In this document: positions 10,957 to 23,637 of the stretch, one piece after another
Layout of the letters: each line of letters starts with the position of its first letter
Numbering within the stretch: position 1 is the stretch's first letter
DNA from: Lama guanicoe
Lineage: Eukaryota
Direction: 5' to 3'
Assembly: GCA_013239625.1 (NCBI GenBank)
Contig: MU057069.1
Location: 1,918,018 to 1,982,017 of the forward strand
DNA length: 64,000 nt
Made by a program: the position numbers and the translations under genes
The notes under the pieces: generated by a model
What the model was told of the DNA's origin: nothing
The model's input: only the letters and a program-made list of their open reading frames with translations
The model's database searches: none

Positions 10957-13034
10957 ACACTCCGGCCTCCCAGTTCTGAGTGTCACACCTCTGGCCGGGG
11001 TCAACCACAGAAAAGCTCCTTGGTGGGTCTGTCTTTTATCCTTTGCACAATTTTTGTTTTCATTAAAAAAATACAACAAATCATCTTAATTTTTTCGGCA
11101 AGTAGCTGCTTCCAGGTAAACAGAAAACATGGACATTAACATCTAAACAGCTCTAACCAAACAGCTTCTAGGAGAAATAAACCAAACAAAACCGAATAAT
11201 GGAGCACACTGAGAAACAAGACGAAGACTGAGGGGCAGGAGGCCGGCAGGAAGGGCGGACGGGGAGCGGCAGTGCATTACATCGCGGCGTTTGTTTTGCA
11301 AAACAAAAGGCACACAGCTCAAGACCACGAACCCCGCAAGCGCAGGACCGGCGTGGGATGCCGCTTCCTTCTCGGACAGGGAGAAGGAAGGGAGGCCACC
11401 GCTGGTGCCTGTCAGCCAGGTGACCCCCGAACACTTTCCTGGGGGGAGTGGGCCCGTCCTCTACAGTAACAGGAAGAACTAATCTCTACCTGCAAGAAGA
11501 CAAAATGAGGGGGAAAATGGAAACCATGGAGTAAAATATGAGAATTAACAAAACAAACCTTTGTGAAACTCAAAATAAGAGAGTGAAGCGTGCAGAAAAT
11601 AAAACAACACAACTGAAACAGAATTCCCCACACTAGAAGGCGTGCAGGACAGACAGAACCAGCTGACGCAGGAGAGAACAGGAACGTGAACGGAGTGGGA
11701 ACAGCTTGGCCTAAGGACTGGCCTGCACGCGGCTCCCTCCACGTGTGCTGGCGGGGAGCCACAGATGTGACACTCAGTTCCGTAAGTCAGAGACGCCTCG
11801 CGCTCCGTGCCCACACGGCCAGCTCCTCCTCCCCCCCGTCAGCCCAGCACCCGTCCCCAGCCGCCGGTCCTCCTGACCATTAACCCCAAAGGCCCTTGCT
11901 CATTCAGACTCTGGATTACAATCATTTTCAAAGCACAAAAAGAGACTGAAAGGAACCCATGTTGGACCCAGCAGAAAGGTGTTAAGGTGTCAGCCGACTG
12001 GCGGGCTTCGGGCAGGCTCATGCACCCGTCCAGCTTAGGCCCGGGGAGGTGCTCAGGTTAGCAATGTGCAAAATCCATGGCCAGGGTCTTCACCACCTGG
12101 TGTGAAATCAACACATGTAGGATGGCAGCCCAACCAGAGATTTAAAAGATGCTTCTCAAACCTGGAGGGTCTGCACAAATGACTCAGAGAGTCTTGGAGG
12201 GAGGTGCAGGGAAGGGGGGTGCCCCGTCACCAGTTCTCAGTGCCTGAGAGTCTGGCCTGGGCACAGCAACAGCTGCAGCTAAAGGGCTAGGGCGGAGGTC
12301 CGGGGGACATGGGGCTCCTGGGGCAGGGCCAAGGCTGGGGGAGAGAGAGAGTCCGGGGGAATGTGCAACGAACACGGCACTGGAGGCAGGAAGGCGGACT
12401 CTGCCCAGAGGGTCGACTCGGACCAAGGAGGCCAGGGCACTGCAGTCTGAAGCGTTGGCCCAGCAACTCAGCCCAGAGACTCCAGGTCCCTGAAAGCCAG
12501 GAAGGCCCTCGGGGACGGGCTCTCGGTCTACATGGGCAAGGAGACTAGTGCTCAGGGGAGGGGTACCGGCTCCTGCAGGTCAGCGTGGGGCCCTGACTCG
12601 AGTGTTGCGTCTGCAGCCTGGGCTGAGGCCCAAGCCCTCGGTTCCGTCGCCCAGCTTGCTCCCCCACAGCCACCTCTCCCAGCAGCATATCCGCCGAAGG
12701 GGCGGGAGTGTGGCGTGTGCACCCCAGGACTAGACGGGGCCTGGACCGCTGCCCCGTCCAGGCAGGCTGCCCCCGGGAGTCTGCCTGGCGGCCAGCACCC
12801 TGGCAGAGACCTCCAGTGAGGATGCAGGGCTCAGGCTCTTGGTTCAGTCCAGGCTGCAGCCCTCATCCCCACTCCAGGCCACAGGGCAAATCGGCTCCAG
12901 GCTGGGTGGCCACGTTTCCCCTCACACTTTAGCCTGGGCAGAGAATCAGAGGTGGGCCACTAGCCTAGCCGTAGCAGCCCCAGATGGCCCTGCAGGTGGG
13001 GTACAGATGTGGGCAGGGACAGGGAACCAGCTCT

Positions 13035-13120
13035 AGAGCTCTAGCTCTGCCACTAACTCAGTCATAAGGAGACTATTACTCCATTCTTCAGTCTGTAAAA
13101 TGGGACTAATACTGCTATTG
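13035..13120 (+). mobile_element. MIR SINE core fragment
   Basis: ctctgccactaact...cttcagtctgtaaaatgggactaata resembles the recalled MIR core. Confidence 0.6.
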
Positions 13121-13432
13121 TCAAAAAAAATTAGAACTTACTTGCAAATATGTGATTACTATACACTGAGCCCTTTGACAGCCAGAGGGAGAGACAACCA
13201 AAATTACTCCACCAAAAAGCAAAGGAGAAACCCTTAGATACAGAAGTTGCAGGTATATTCCCCAAAACGTCACACCAGGGGAGACCCCCATAGGCCCGCT
13301 GTCCGGAGCGCCCGCTCCTGGGGCAGGGAAGCCCGAGGCCTGGCGCTTGGTTTTGCACATTCCTAGCCCGCCTGGGTGACACACAAGCAGCCCGAGGGCG
13401 CCTGGAGGGCCGCGGCAGCCCCTCAGCCCTAC

Positions 13433-13549
13433 CTGCAGCACGTAGCCCTCCCGGGCGCTCTGCTCCCGGCCCAGAGCCACCCTCAGCTGGTCCTGCAGCA
13501 GCCGGTTCTGCTCCAGGAGGTCCGAGGCCTCCTTCTGGCTCTGCTCCAA
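13433..13549 (-). CDS. MPRIP: MPRIP exon 15 (LEQSQKEASDLLEQNRLLQDQLRVALGREQSAREGYVLQ)
   Basis: Acceptor CAACAG|TTG, donor CAG|GTAGGG; 117 nt, phase 0/0. Confidence 0.97.
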
Positions 13550-15031
13550 CTGTTGGCAAACACACACACACATTTTAAAGCAAATTGACCACCGGAGAAG
13601 CCCAGCACAGCCCAGGCCCTGGGGGCATCCCAACTCCAGCTGGGCGGGGCTCCAGCTTCCCTCATAGCCTTCTGGGCACAGAGCTTCAGAGCAGAGGCGT
13701 GCTTGTCACCAAGACTCCAGCTGAGGCTGTACACCACCCTGGCAGCCTTGTCACCCTGGGCACCCACATAATCCCCGCACTGGCCCGAGGATCCAACCCA
13801 CAGAACCCACCAGGGAATGAGGGCTTCGGGCCCGTGTCAGAGAAGACCTCCCCCTGGGTCCTTCGAGGTCCTTGGCACAGTCACCAGGCCCGTGTGCTCC
13901 CAGCAGGCCTCACTCCAGGCTCTGCCTCGGCTCTTACGGGAAGAACCCTGACTGACCAGCTGTACTGGACTTCAGAGCAAGTTCCATTTGTGTGGGGCTC
14001 CTTGGGAGGTGCCCAGTGAGCCCCTGCCCACTCCTCTCACTTCCACCGATTCTGACCCATGGATGCTGGCCGCGGGGAGTGGGAGCAGGGCGTGCCGCAG
14101 GGACTGGGCTTGGACACCCCGCGTCTAAAGCCAAAGCAGCGCCCAGCGTGTGGCCTGCTGACTGGCAGGCCTGGTTTTGCTGTTTAAGCAACGTAACTTT
14201 GAACGCTGTTTTACTGCATCCTGCCTTTACCATCATATTGACACGCGTGGAAATGGAAAAAACCCAAGTGTTGATGCTTGTGACAAACGTTGGCCTCACG
14301 AATTTAACAAAACATAACAAAGAGAAAAGTGAGGGAGGCCGGGGCGGCCTGTCTGTGGGGCCCTCAACCACTGTGTGGAGCGCACGTTGGATTTGCGTCA
14401 CCAAGCGCCCCTAAGAGACGGTGTGACGCTGTACCCCCTTGGCCATGGCACCTCCGTTCAGACATACAAATCCACAAAGTTCTGCAAATTGATTTCTGGG
14501 TACATTTTCACTAAGGAAGAACATTACAAATGCAGGAACGGGCTCCCCCAACTCTGTGTCTGGAGGAGGCCCCACCGCCCCCACCTCCTGCTGGCTGCCC
14601 CGCACGCTCCGGTCTCAGCGAGGGGCACGGGGTGCCACATGCAGATGGAGACCTAAGTCTGTGCCTGCCCCTCTTCTGCCCAGGTCCTCTAACTCATGCC
14701 TGAGGCAGGGCAGGCGAGTCCCCGCGGGAGCACTGAAACTCCCCCAGCCTCATCTTCGGCAGCCCTGCCTCTGAAGGGCAGGGCCCCAAACACATGGCCA
14801 ACTCCTCTGGTCTCTGGAAGGGCCAGGCCCCCCTCCCCCCACTGCCACCCTGTCACCCCCGTGAGTCTCAGGCCTGCACTGCACTCTGGGGCCCTGACCT
14901 GTGTCTGCCTCCCCAAGGGCTCTGAAGCCCCTGGGGTAGGGGGACTGTCCCAGTGTTAGGCACAGTGGGTGCTGGGGGGGTTGCTGGTTGCTGCCCAGAG
15001 CTCACCCGTCCGTGACGGCCCTGGCCATTAC

Positions 15032-15593
15032 CTCCTTCTCCAGCAGGGAAGTTAGGTCGTGAGTGGAGAGCCGGTCACTTCCGTCCTCGGAGGACAGGTG
15101 CAGGGGGGCAATGGGCACCTGCTTTTCTTCCCGGAGAGGGGTGGTCTCCACCTGATGCCACCGCTGCTCAATCTCCACGTGCACATTCTGTGTCCTGAGG
15201 TCAGCGGTCGCGGGCGGCCCCGGGCCCCGATCAACCTCCATGCGCAAGGCTGCTTCGTCGGTGCCTGGCCCATCGGCCATGTCAAGGGCCCCAAAGCGCT
15301 TCCGGCGTTCCTCTCGCCGCCGTGCACGCTCCCGCTCCAGCTCACCCGGCTCTGCCTCGGGGTGGGGGTCGGTGGGCCCCGAGGCACCAGCCCTCTCCTG
15401 GGCCAGGGCCTGCTGGATGGGGCGGAACTCGGCCCAGTCGAAGGTCTTGGAGCGCCCTTCCCGCCTCCTCTCCCGAGCCCGGCTCCTCTTCTGCTCGGGG
15501 TCTGGCTCTGCGAGCTCGCTCTCCTGTTCCTCCCGTGGCCTCGGGTGGGTCTCCACAGGGGGGCTGCTCCGGTGCTTCTCCTGTGGCAATGAG
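15032..15593 (-). CDS. MPRIP: MPRIP exon 14 (SSLPQEKHRSS...RREGRSKTFDWAEFRPIQQAL...LTSLLEKE)
   Basis: Acceptor GCCCAG|C, donor GAG|GTAATG; 562 nt, phase 2 to 0; overlaps ORF 15002..15589. Confidence 0.97.
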
Positions 15594-17645
15594 CTGGGCA
15601 GGGGCAGACAGCCTGTCAGGGGACAGATGCCCGCCGGCAGCGGGCCCAGCTCCCTGCTTTCGCCATGTCCTTTCTACTCAGCTGGGAAGGGGAGGGACCC
15701 CACCTCTACCCACCAACACCCTTGGAGGGAGCCCAACAGCAGGAAAGAGCCACGGGTGGCCCACCTCTGAGGTGCCTCCCGTAATGGGAAAGACGCTGAG
15801 GGGAGTGTCACAATGGCCTGTCATGGGGACGAGGGAGCCCGGGTGCCCCCACCCCATTCAGGCATGGCCGCTGCCTGAAGGAGGGTGAGTGGGAGGTGGC
15901 CCTGCAGCTCCTGTGCACTGAGCAGTGGTGACAGAACAGACCAGGCCAGCCACTCCCCTCGGAAGGCTCAAGCAGGGAAATAATGTGGTCAGACCTATGT
16001 TTTAAGAAAAACACTCTGGTGGCTGTTGTGACGGATGGATCGGAGTGACAGGCCTGGGACTGCATGCGGGCAGGTGAGCTGGATGGCCCAGGTAGCACCT
16101 GTGAGCCCAGCCCCAGGAACTTAGCAACCCATTCGGTGCAGGAGGCAGGTTGTGGGGATGCTGGAGGGCACCTCCACCTGCCCCAGGGCAGAGCTTCCTG
16201 GGCGGGTGGTGTGGGGTCCTGGCCGTGGCGGTCAGAGACAGACATTTCTGGGCTCCAGGGACCAGACCCTGAGGTCCCACCCTAAGCAGAGTGGCCTCTG
16301 GTCCCGCCTAAGTGCTCAGAACAGGCTCAGAAGCCCCCTGAGGTTGCAAGGGGCCGGGGCTGGGGGCTCCAGGGAACACTCATGGAAAGAGGGCAAAAGA
16401 GAAGGGAGCCTGTGAAGAGGCGCCCGAGGACGAGGGCGCCCACAGCGTCCACAGATGCTCAAAGCCAGGCCCTCTGGCCTGTGCACCTGTCTCCAGCGCG
16501 CACGAGAAAACCCATCTTCTCCCCCAACTGTGAAAAAAGCTCAGGGAACAAACTGGGTGAGGCAGGGACACCGACTTGGAGACGTGTGGATTTTGGGAGT
16601 CAGTTCTTGTCAGGAAGACGCCGCCAAGTCTGTCTCCTCACACACACGAGTGCACACAAATGCACATGGTGCCTGTCCCTGTGGGCTGCAGCCCCGACGT
16701 GGAAAGGAGGTGCTTCTCCTGAGCCGCATGTGCCCAAGTGCGTCCGTCTCACACGCATGCACACACGCACGGCCTGCAACCCCCGAGGCCGTTAGTGTTC
16801 CTTCCCCAGCAGGGCCCTGACCTGCCACACAGGGCGTCCCCCACGTGCTCAGAAAGACCCTTGGCCTCTGCACCTGCTGGCCCTGTCCCAGGAATGACCA
16901 CGTCTCCTGCCCCTTCAGTAGATGAAGGCGTGAACAAAGGATGCCTGCAGACAGCACGGGACGGGGGACCAACGGGAAGAGCCACCTTCAGTCCCCTCCT
17001 GCCTTTCTGTTCAAAGAGCTGCAGCATCACCAGCAAGGACCTGACAAAGGTGTGACGCGGCTGCAGCTGCCCAGGCTGAGGACACCCAGTGGGCACCAGG
17101 GACACACCCTGGGTGCAGCCTTTAACACAGGACCTGCCCCTGAGCAGCATTCAAACCACAGGACAGAGACACCTAAATGACAGGCTCTCTGAACAGGCGG
17201 TACTGAAGCTGTGGGGTGAGGATGGCAGCCTCCTGGGCATCACACCCTGGGGCGTCTCTTGCTATTAAATTGAACGCTGTCCAGCCATCATGAGGTTCAC
17301 CGACCACGGACGTTACCACACGGGGCAAGGACAGTTTCCCAACGTGGCCTCCAGCACCAAGAGTTCCAAAGAGAAGCTATTCCCGGTTGCACGGAAATCC
17401 AACGAGACCAAACAAGGAAATGCCGTGGCAGCCTGGGAATGCACGTCCAGAGCCACCCTCACCCGACCCGAGTGCAGCTGCCAGAGGGTCCAGGCCAGGC
17501 CCAAGGGAGATACCGGCCGCCACACTCGTGCTGACGGCTGCCAGGCGCCCCTGCACCTGCCAGGCCTGGAGCGGGAAGGCTCACCTGAGGCAGGAAACCA
17601 AGAAGCCAAGTGGGGAGTGAGTGGGATGTGGAGGATGGGGCTCAC

Positions 17646-17755
17646 CTGGTCACATCCGGGGCGGAAGTCGGGTGGACATGCTTCATGATGGTCTGGATCC
17701 AGTTCCGCCGGATTCCAGATGTCATAGCAGAGAGGGTGAAGGTGCCCTCCTTTGT
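17646..17755 (-). CDS. MPRIP: MPRIP exon 13 ([36 protein letters not shown]), PH2 C-terminal helix
   Basis: Acceptor GTGCAG|ACA, donor AG|GTGAGC; 110 nt, phase 0 to 2. Confidence 0.96.
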
Positions 17756-20700
17756 CTGCACAAAAGACGGAGCGTTAGCAGTGCCATCACCGCTCCCCGC
17801 GAGAGTAAGTCCCGCAGGGAGGACTGCGGCCCCGTGGCTGCCCTGGGGGCGCTATGTGTGCCCCACGCGGGATAGACAAGAGCTGGAGCAAAATCACAGA
17901 TGCCTGTCTGCTGCCCTGGGTGTGGCATCTCCTTCTGCCAGACGCAGCTGGTGTTTACTGGGAGCCTACAATGTCCGGCATCAAGATGCTCCCAGCTCTT
18001 TAAGGAGCGCCTGGACTGGGAGAAGGCGTGTGTGAGGAGTAGTGGGAAGGCAGCTACATGCATGAGGCGGAGCAGGCTTTGTAGGCTGAGGGGGCTGGCA
18101 GGTAGATGGGGAGAGGGTGCATGACCCAGGTTGGGGGGGGGACGCCATGTGGCCATACACCAGGCCTGTGGGGTGACCAGGGAGAGGACAGAGGCAGGCC
18201 CGAGGCTCAGCAGCAGCAGGGCCTGATGGGGGCTGTGTCCGTAGGGCTGAGAAGAGGCCGGGAGACCTCCTGGACCTGCTGGGCAGCTGTCCAGGTGATG
18301 AGAGCACAGAGGGTGGCTGAAGTGACAAGTGACTGGTCAAAGCGCACAATGCGCCACTGACGGGACCAGGAGGGGGGAGTCGTTTCTAGGACGGTCCCTA
18401 GACCACCCCCGACCTGGCTGAGCTGGTGGGACGGCTTCTGAATGGCCTAGGGAGTGGAGCGCAGACAGGAGGGGGCGGCGTGGCCAGTGGGGACGAGTGG
18501 CCTGGGGACACAGTCCCTGTAGCCCTGAGCTGCTGCGCGCAGCACCTCCAGAGTCGAGGCAGGATGGCAATGCGGTGGGGGTGGCACATGCTCCCCACCC
18601 TGCACCCACAGGGCTCGTCTTACAGAAGTGAGGGTGTCAGAACTGCTCTCAGGCTGCTCGGGCTCCTCATAAATGGACCCTTTCACCACGCCTGCAAATC
18701 AGCTGACAGGAAGACGGGATGGGCAAGATGGTGCGGGACAGGAAGACACAAGAGAGCCTCCGCCCGGGCCCCGCCGCACGCCTGCAGGGCGGCCCCCAGC
18801 CCACATCTCCACTCATCTGTGGGGTCCCTCTCAAAGGAGGCTGAGGCTTGGGGCCCGGCCTCCAGGCTCTCGGAAGCACCCGCCCCTTGTGAGCACTCCC
18901 GAGTGCCCTGTTTGTGGAGTCTGATCTCAGCCGTCGTCTCCCGTGACCTCACCTCTCACCCCCAGAAGTTTTTTCCCAACCTGAGGTCCACACCCGTGGC
19001 GGCTATCTAACGTTTTGAGAGCCATCTCGGCCTCACACACAGTGCTGCCAGGACCCCACAGGCTCCACGTCTGTGATGCTGCCTCTGCTGTCAGACTTGC
19101 ACACGTAGCTCGCCTGGCTCCGGGGCTCAAGCCCTCACCTGCCCCACACCTCCCGACCTTGTCCAGGGAAGGACCTGCGTGCTCTTCCTCCATAGCCTCC
19201 CAGCTGCTCCTGTCGGTCCTGGCCCCTGCCATCCGCCAGGCACCTGGTCTCCTGCCTCCACCTCTGCCTCCTTCCTAACCAACCTGCACACCCTGCCGGA
19301 CGCACCTCACTAACACACAGATGGCTCCACGCCCCACGCTTCCCACAACCTCAGGACAAGACCGACTCCTGACTCCACGCTCAGGCCTCCCTGGTGCTGT
19401 CCCCACTGGCTTCTGCAGCAGCTCCCCGGCAGGTGCCACTAGGTCTGGTGGCCGGGCCAGGGACAGTCCTGTCACTCAAGATCCTAAAGCTCCCTAGTGA
19501 CGCAGCTGAGTCCCTCTCATGCTGAGCACTATCTCTACTTAGAACTCTCGGTCCACGGGGCTCATGGAAAAGTACCAGAACGTGGGATAAGCTCCCTGCC
19601 CCCCATCCAAGGTAAAGTGGAGAGGAGTCAGGCTGATGGGTGAGATCAGTCAAGGGAGCACAGGTGACTCAGAAATGCCTGTCCCTCACCGGGAGAGCAG
19701 GCGAGTTCTCAGACAGCAAGCCGGGACCTGCGTGGCCCGGGCCAGGGCCTCCTGGCGCAGAAAGTGATCCCAGCACAATTAAGTTGTGACCTGCTCGGGG
19801 GTGGGGCAAACTCATACCCCCAGGCCCTGCCCAGAGACCCCTGCTCTCCAAGATGGGGAGGTGGGGGTGAGCGAGGGGCACCCAGCAAGGGGTCCAAAAA
19901 GCCAGAACTGGCACTGTCCCCACTGCTGTCTGCAGAAAAGGCTGGGGCCTGGGTCACTGGGCACATGCGTCCACCCCTCCTCAGGGACAAGGGGCAGGAG
20001 GGCGTGGCAGCGGGCCGCAGGGGCCACCAAGATCGGTGCTGCCTCCAGCTCTGACCTGGTGCCCTACACAGATGTCTAGGGGGTCTAGGGTGCCCTACCA
20101 GAGGTCTAGGAGCCAGATTTCTCCTTTTAATAAACTCACTGGCCTTCAGGTCTGAGCTTGTCTCCTCTAAGTGTGATAGACACTGCTTATTCCCATGTGT
20201 TTGACCTACGCCGCGTCCAGATATACAACTGAGTCTTTGGGCCAAAAACCTGGAGACACGGCTCTGGTAAAGGACACGCTGCTGGGTCCTACCACGCTGC
20301 TAAGGCTCTGATGAGGGAGGAATTAGCTTTCCCCAGAGAGAGGTCTGGCCTCTGTCCCAGCTCCTGGGAAGTAACCTCTGAACACCTGACACTCAGAGCT
20401 GGTGCTGGCCAGACCAGAAAGACCAGCCCTGGAGTGAGGGCGGGGCTCTGGCCACAGGCAGGCAGCCAGCCTCCAGGGGAATCCGGGAGACTGCGTTCCA
20501 CCAGGTGGATGGAAACTCAATCAGCTATGAATTCTTGGTGAAAACTCTGGACACAGAGGCTTGGGCCCAGGCTGGAAGCTCTGTGTCACCACATGTCAGA
20601 GCCCAGAGGGACACACACGTCCCTGAGGACAGGAAGCTTCACGTGTAGGGCCCCTCTTCAGTCCGATTCCGCACGTGTCCTCTGGCTGGAGTAGAGATGC

Positions 20701-21379
20701 AGTGCAGAGTGCCATGTCTCTGTGTTCTGTGAGCCTTTCTGACTAATTATGGAACCTGAGGGTGGTTGGAGGCACCCCCCGCCAAACTTGCTGCTGGCGT
20801 CAGGGTGAGGACAGACACGGTCGGTGGCTAGGGGCCTGTGCCCTGACCTCAAGCCACCTGCTTTGATGAAATGGCCAGTGAGAACCGTCCCATCTGTCCA
20901 ATCATTTTTTGAGGACGGGGCAATGCCTTACCCCTCTGAGTCCTTCACAAGACTGTCGGAAAAAAGACGTAGGAGTGGGTGGATGAATGAACGAATAAAG
21001 GAAAGAAGTGGATTGAAAACCTAGCATTCTGAGATGTAACGGACAGTTTTGCTCTTATTCCCCCCCATCCCATGTCCTTCCAACTGTCCCAAACTCCAGC
21101 ATTTAAAAGGGAGAAAAAGAAAAGAACCTTCAGAAACAAAAGGCTTCCAGACAGTCTTGAGAAAAAAATGCTACTGTCTCATCTGTGTTCAGTTCACACA
21201 GATGAGTGGGGGTCAGGAGCGCCAGGACAGAGAGGGACAGAGCGCATCACCAGCACTGGCGGAAAGGCCTGCCCAAAGGGTCCCTGGACCGGGACAGCAT
21301 GTCCTTGGAGAAAGATGCCGGCCCCTTAGGCCCGCAGCCCCCTGCCCCCCGCCTGCCTCCAGGCCCCACCATAGCTTAC

Positions 21380-21469
21380 ATGGATCTGAAAGCCATAGTT
21401 CCTCTGCACCGGATACTCAGTGACGTCGTAACACGTGGACAAGTCGATCTCCCCGTCCAGGTCAGCCGC
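21380..21469 (-). CDS. MPRIP: MPRIP exon 12 ([30 protein letters not shown]), PH2
   Basis: Acceptor CTGCAG|GCG, donor CAT|GTAAGC; 90 nt, phase 0/0. Confidence 0.96.
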
Positions 21470-21609
21470 CTGCAGAGAGGGTGAGAGGATCTCAGCGATT
21501 CAGAAAGTAAGGGCCAGTGCCTTGTGAGTGTGCTGAGTGGGCATGGCTGCTCCCTGCCCTGCACCACCCAGGACCAGAGCCGCCATTCCCTGCATGTCCT
21601 CCCGAGACA

Positions 21610-22842
21610 CCATGGTTCTCAGAACTCCTTTATGCTCCTAAAACCTGAGGCCCCCAAAGGGCTCATTTAGGTGGTGTTTATCTGTTGATGATCTGCCTAA
21701 CGAGAAATTAGCTGCAAAAATTGAAAAAAGGAAACATACTTATTCACTCATTTAAGAAACAAACCCGTTTCATTTTTTAATAAAAAATATTCTTAAAAAA
21801 ACCAGCAAGAAATGTTTGCAACTCTCTTCAACGCGCAGCTCCAGAGGACAGCTGCGTCCTCAGTTGCTGCTGCACCCGGTCTGTTGGCTGCGCTGCTCTG
21901 GCTGACGTGTAGGACCATCAGCCTCACACAGACCGGGCTGGGGAGGGGAGGTGCGTTTTATGTCTTTTCAGACAACTGTGGCTAGGCAACTGGCAGTTTC
22001 TTGAAGGTGAACTACAAAGTGGAATCTGAAATCCAGGAACTTTCTGTACCCTATTACAGCGAAGTCTGCTCTTTGCACGGATCTTCTGCCCACAAGTGGT
22101 TCTGTGGCGCCCTGTCACCTGGAAGATACCGACTTGGGCGTGTCTCCCAGACGTGACACCTCACGGTACAGGGTCAAACGCTGTGCTTGCTGTCGGCACC
22201 GCCTCCCGTCAGGAGAGTGGACACAAAGGAAGCTCTCAAGTTCACGATGGTGAACACGAGTCTCCAAAGCCCCAGTTTTGCCTGAAAGCTCAAACTGTAC
22301 CACTGACGACAAGCTGTCAGTCGCCTTCCTTGAAGGAGAGACTCACTTGGTTCATTTTCAGGAAATGTCTGCCAAGCCCCCGAACCGAGTGTGGTCTACC
22401 TGTCCGTTGTCTCTCAAGCAGAGACAGGCCTACTGCGTCTCAGGGAGAGGCCTCTGGCTTGGGTGGCGCAGGCGGTGGGCAAGCGCTTCCCCGCAAGATG
22501 GCCGGCACCCTGACGCGCAGCAAGTGTGCCTTTGGCCAACTTCCCGTTTTAAAACACAGGATGTTACAAAGATGGGTATTCAAGGGTTGAGACTTCATAA
22601 AATTAGTACTTCCACTGTTCTGTCAAGGCCCTTTCTTCAGCATCGTAAGTGTGTGGCAGCAAAGGACACGTGGCGGCCGGCCATCCGCTCCTATAGCCTG
22701 ACCAGACTGAGGCACCAGCCGTGCACGCACACGCCCAGACAGCAGGAAAAGGAAATGGCACCGCAGGTTTATAACAAAACTCCTGTTATAAGAAACCCTG
22801 GAAGGGCTTCCAGGGCCCCGGAGACCACGCTCTGAGAACAAC
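21610..22842 (-). mobile_element. hAT-Charlie DNA transposon (Charlie1a-like), near full length, degenerate
   Basis: The termini (tggttctcagaactcctttatgctcctaaaa...gagaccacgctctgagaac) and interior match the recalled Charlie1a consensus. A minus-strand remnant at about 22555-22610 reads TNFMKSQPLNTHLCNILC, similar to hAT transposase INFIKSRPL..RLF..LC. Confidence 0.8.
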
Positions 22843-23637
22843 CGGACACTTACACATGCTTGTGCAGTCCCGGATTTCAGGCACCACCGGGGTCCTGGCA
22901 CCCACACTAGCCTGCGTCGACCTTGTATCAGTAACACCCTTCCATGGCAGTCGGGAAAGAACTTAGTTTTGGGGGCTCAGGTTATGCAGACACGCATAAC
23001 CAGCACCCCAGTGCTAGACATCTAGGTTCTGCTGTTACAGAAGTGCAGGAACGACACGTGTGGGACACAGAACTCCCTTCTGACGGGGGTGTCACTGCAG
23101 GGCTCCTGGGGTGGAGTGAGGGGAAAGGGACAAAAACAGGCCAGCCAGACTGCTTAAGAGAAATGCATTTTTCTTGTACGTAAAGACAAAAGAGCCCCTC
23201 TGGTTGGTCTTCGACTGTGGAATCAGGACTCTCCCCTGGGCCAGCTGAGCTCACCTGTCATACCCCCTTCCTTGTCCAGAAGACAAGGGACAAGATTTAG
23301 TTCAGTTCTTTGAAAGACTCAAATCAGCACAAAACTTCCTTGCAGAAAAAGCAAAACTGCTTATCCTGAGCTTTAAAATAAGACATCTTTCAGTGTTTTT
23401 CAAAGAAAAGCCACCAAGACTCCCTGCACCCAGGAGCCTAAGGCAGGGCCCAGAGAGCCCAGTGTTCCAGCAGGAACCTGACCCAGGAACACCAGACCCG
23501 GACCGGGGAGCCCAGGATGGCCCAATGGACACCAGCTGGCAGACAGAAGAGGACCTGGGCCCCAGAGCAGCAGTGGCTCCCAGGGCCGTGGGGACCCGCG
23601 GCTGTCTCCACAAGAGGAGCACAGCTGAGATGCTCAC

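Noticed and set aside
7186-11139. Many + strand and off-frame ORFs overlapping the giant exon (e.g. 8595..9389, 264 aa; 8818..9492, 224 aa)
   Set aside because: Antisense and alternate-frame shadows of CAG/GAG/CTG-rich coiled-coil codons in GC-rich DNA, with no independent coding signal.
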